Source of the DNA: Chitinophaga pinensis
GTDB lineage: Bacteria > Bacteroidota > Bacteroidia > Flavobacteriales_D > Crocinitomicaceae
Direction: 5' to 3'
Assembly (NCBI GenBank): GCA_945868555.1
Contig: CAMBMC010000001.1
Span: 1-35,001 of the forward strand
Length of the DNA: 35,001 nt
A program made the translations under genes and the position numbers. Position 1 is the first letter of the stretch; each line of letters begins with the position of its first letter. Below the pieces are notes generated by a model. That model worked only from the letters and a program-made list of their open reading frames with translations. It made no database searches and had not been told where the DNA came from. Of this stretch, positions 33,531-35,001 are shown piece after piece.

Positions 33531-35001
33531 CTAGGGCTGTAATTCAACAGAAACATCCCAATTCGCACGAACTTTAGTCGGCTTTGAAAAGCGGTATATC
33601 TGTTCTGGTTGAATGCGTTTTTTTAAGTCACCACCGCTCCACTTGCCGTCACCGTTCAGGTCTTCGATCAAAACAAAGGTGTACTCGGCAGGTTCCAAGT
33701 AGTCGTATCGTACCGTTGTTCCTCCAGTGCAAAGACGCTCACTTATGGTTTCGTTGCCTCGTTTTAACTGAAGAATCAAGGCCCCGGTGAAGTCGCGCAA
33801 CACAGCGTAAAGCACCCCAAAGTCTTCGGTCTCGCCGTATTGAAACGTAAATCCTGTAGAATCCATCTTCTGGGTGCTCCCACAATTGATGGATCCTTTT
33901 TTAAAGATGACCACCCCTTTTTCTACTTTGGTTGTGGGAACAACAGTAAACTGATTCATACCGCGATAGGCAAGCTGAAAAGGCACGAAACTCGAGTCGG
34001 CTAAATTTTTCACGAAGATACATCCACTGTCGAGCGCTGTAATTCTTCCATTTACTGAAAATGTAAGTGTATCCAATGGCGTGTACATTCCACCTTTTCT
34101 GACCGACTCAATCCGCAAAGGAAAAGCTTTGTCCTTGGCTGAGATGCGTGTGCGAAGTGTGTCCACAAAAGTGTCTTTCAAAACGACTAAATTGGATTCT
34201 GTCAGGTCAGAAAATCCTTGGTAAATATAAAGACTGTCTTCAGTAATATGAGAGAGATCACCCTTTTCTATTGAAGAACCATTCAGCGAAAGCGTGGCAT
34301 CTAACAACGAGAAATTAGCCCCAACTACATATCTATTGATTCCTGCAGCTTTGAACGTATTCACCTTTCTTTTTGAAACAGGGGTGAACATTCGAACAGC
34401 AAGAGTGTCAATCTTTCCGGATAGAATGTCTGCAGTGTCAGAAGAAAATCCACAGCGTTCTAGTGGCTGAATGCTCAAGTCTCCATTCATATCTTCAAAG
34501 GCGCGCACGACATATTTTCCATTCCGCAGATAGCGAAATCGAGCCATTCCATCCTTGCCGGTCTTGGCAAAATAGTAAGGACTCACCTCATTGGTATCTG
34601 TAAACAATCCAACAACCATTTTATCCAAAGGCGCAAGTGTCCACGCATCCGTGACCTGCACGCACAATGCTGAAGAGTCGATGCTTGTTCCGGTTGAAAA
34701 CACATATTGAATCAATGAATCATTGCCCTCGGTAACATCTTTGATTGTCCCATTGAATGAAACTACGTAGGTGGTGTTCGGCTTAAAATCGCCGTCAAGT
34801 TTCACTGTAACTTGTTTCTTATTCAGTTGGGCGTCGAGCTTAATGCCACCGGGAACTATACTCATGGTTTGCAGTGGGCTGTTCAATTGGATATACTCGT
34901 CGAAATCTAAAGTAAAAGTCTTCTGAGTAAATCCGACTGTACCATTTATTGGATTTGTCTGCGTTGGGTTGGGCGCGACCGTGTCTTTTTCGCCTCCTGT
35001 A
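33531..35001 (-). CDS. Ig-like (SbsA/Big_5-like) domain protein, N-terminus outside the window
   Basis: The reading frame stays open from 34886 to the window edge (…TGGEKDTVAPNPTQTNPINGTVGFTQKTFTLDFDEYIQL…). The ORF-track start is an internal TTG. The body is beta-rich with DLNGDGKW near the C-terminus. The stop lies 3 nt before the next gene. Confidence 0.55.
   Translation of the reverse strand, partial: TGGEKDTVAPNPTQTNPINGTVGFTQKTFTLDFDEYIQLNSPLQTMSIVPGGIKLDAQLNKKQVTVKLDGDFKPNTTYVVSFNGTIKDVTEGNDSLIQYVFSTGTSIDSSALCVQVTDAWTLAPLDKMVVGLFTDTNEVSPYYFAKTGKDGMARFRYLRNGKYVVRAFEDMNGDLSIQPLERCGFSSDTADILSGKIDTLAVRMFTPVSKRKVNTFKAAGINRYVVGANFSLLDATLSLNGSSIEKGDLSHITEDSLYIYQGFSDLTESNLVVLKDTFVDTLRTRISAKDKAFPLRIESVRKGGMYTPLDTLTFSVNGRITALDSGCIFVKNLADSSFVPFQLAYRGMNQFTVVPTTKVEKGVVIFKKGSINCGSTQKMDSTGFTFQYGETEDFGVLYAVLRDFTGALILQLKRGNETISERLCTGGTTVRYDYLEPAEYTFVLIEDLNGDGKWSGGDLKKRIQPEQIYRFSKPTKVRANWDVSVELQP

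Overview
This is a chromosomal segment from a Bacteroidota genome (Flavobacteriia/Cytophagia-like). It is densely packed, with about 33 protein genes and one tRNA-Cys. I saw no rRNA, CRISPR array, transposase, integrase, prophage or recognisable defence genes. The phylum call rests on two T9SS type-B C-terminal sorting domains, a PorP/SprF gene, a GldH-like lipoprotein and TAnnTTTG -7 boxes upstream of several genes. Housekeeping genes (folB, rpiB, rnr, ferritin, rlmF, holB, PSP1/RicT-like) are interleaved with envelope and signalling genes. No complete novel system can be demonstrated from sequence alone. The items most worth follow-up are: (1) an ECF sigma factor translationally coupled to a single-pass membrane partner whose only extracytoplasmic module is a T9SS type-B sorting domain (4417-5780); (2) a 1302-aa propeller/Y_Y_Y sensor fused to a class III adenylate-type cyclase and an HD phosphohydrolase (11770-15678); (3) a tightly coupled four-gene operon of reductase, CPBP protease, SDR and 7-TM protein (1144-4409); (4) an exported protein with a ~325-aa uninterrupted E/K-rich helix (20342-21676); (5) a 257-nt convergent spacer built from direct, tandem and inverted repeats (15679-15935); (6) an LTD-CotH-TSP3 type-B cargo coupled to its own PorP/SprF gene (26065-30206). 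All functional calls come from motif recognition by eye, and no database search was run.
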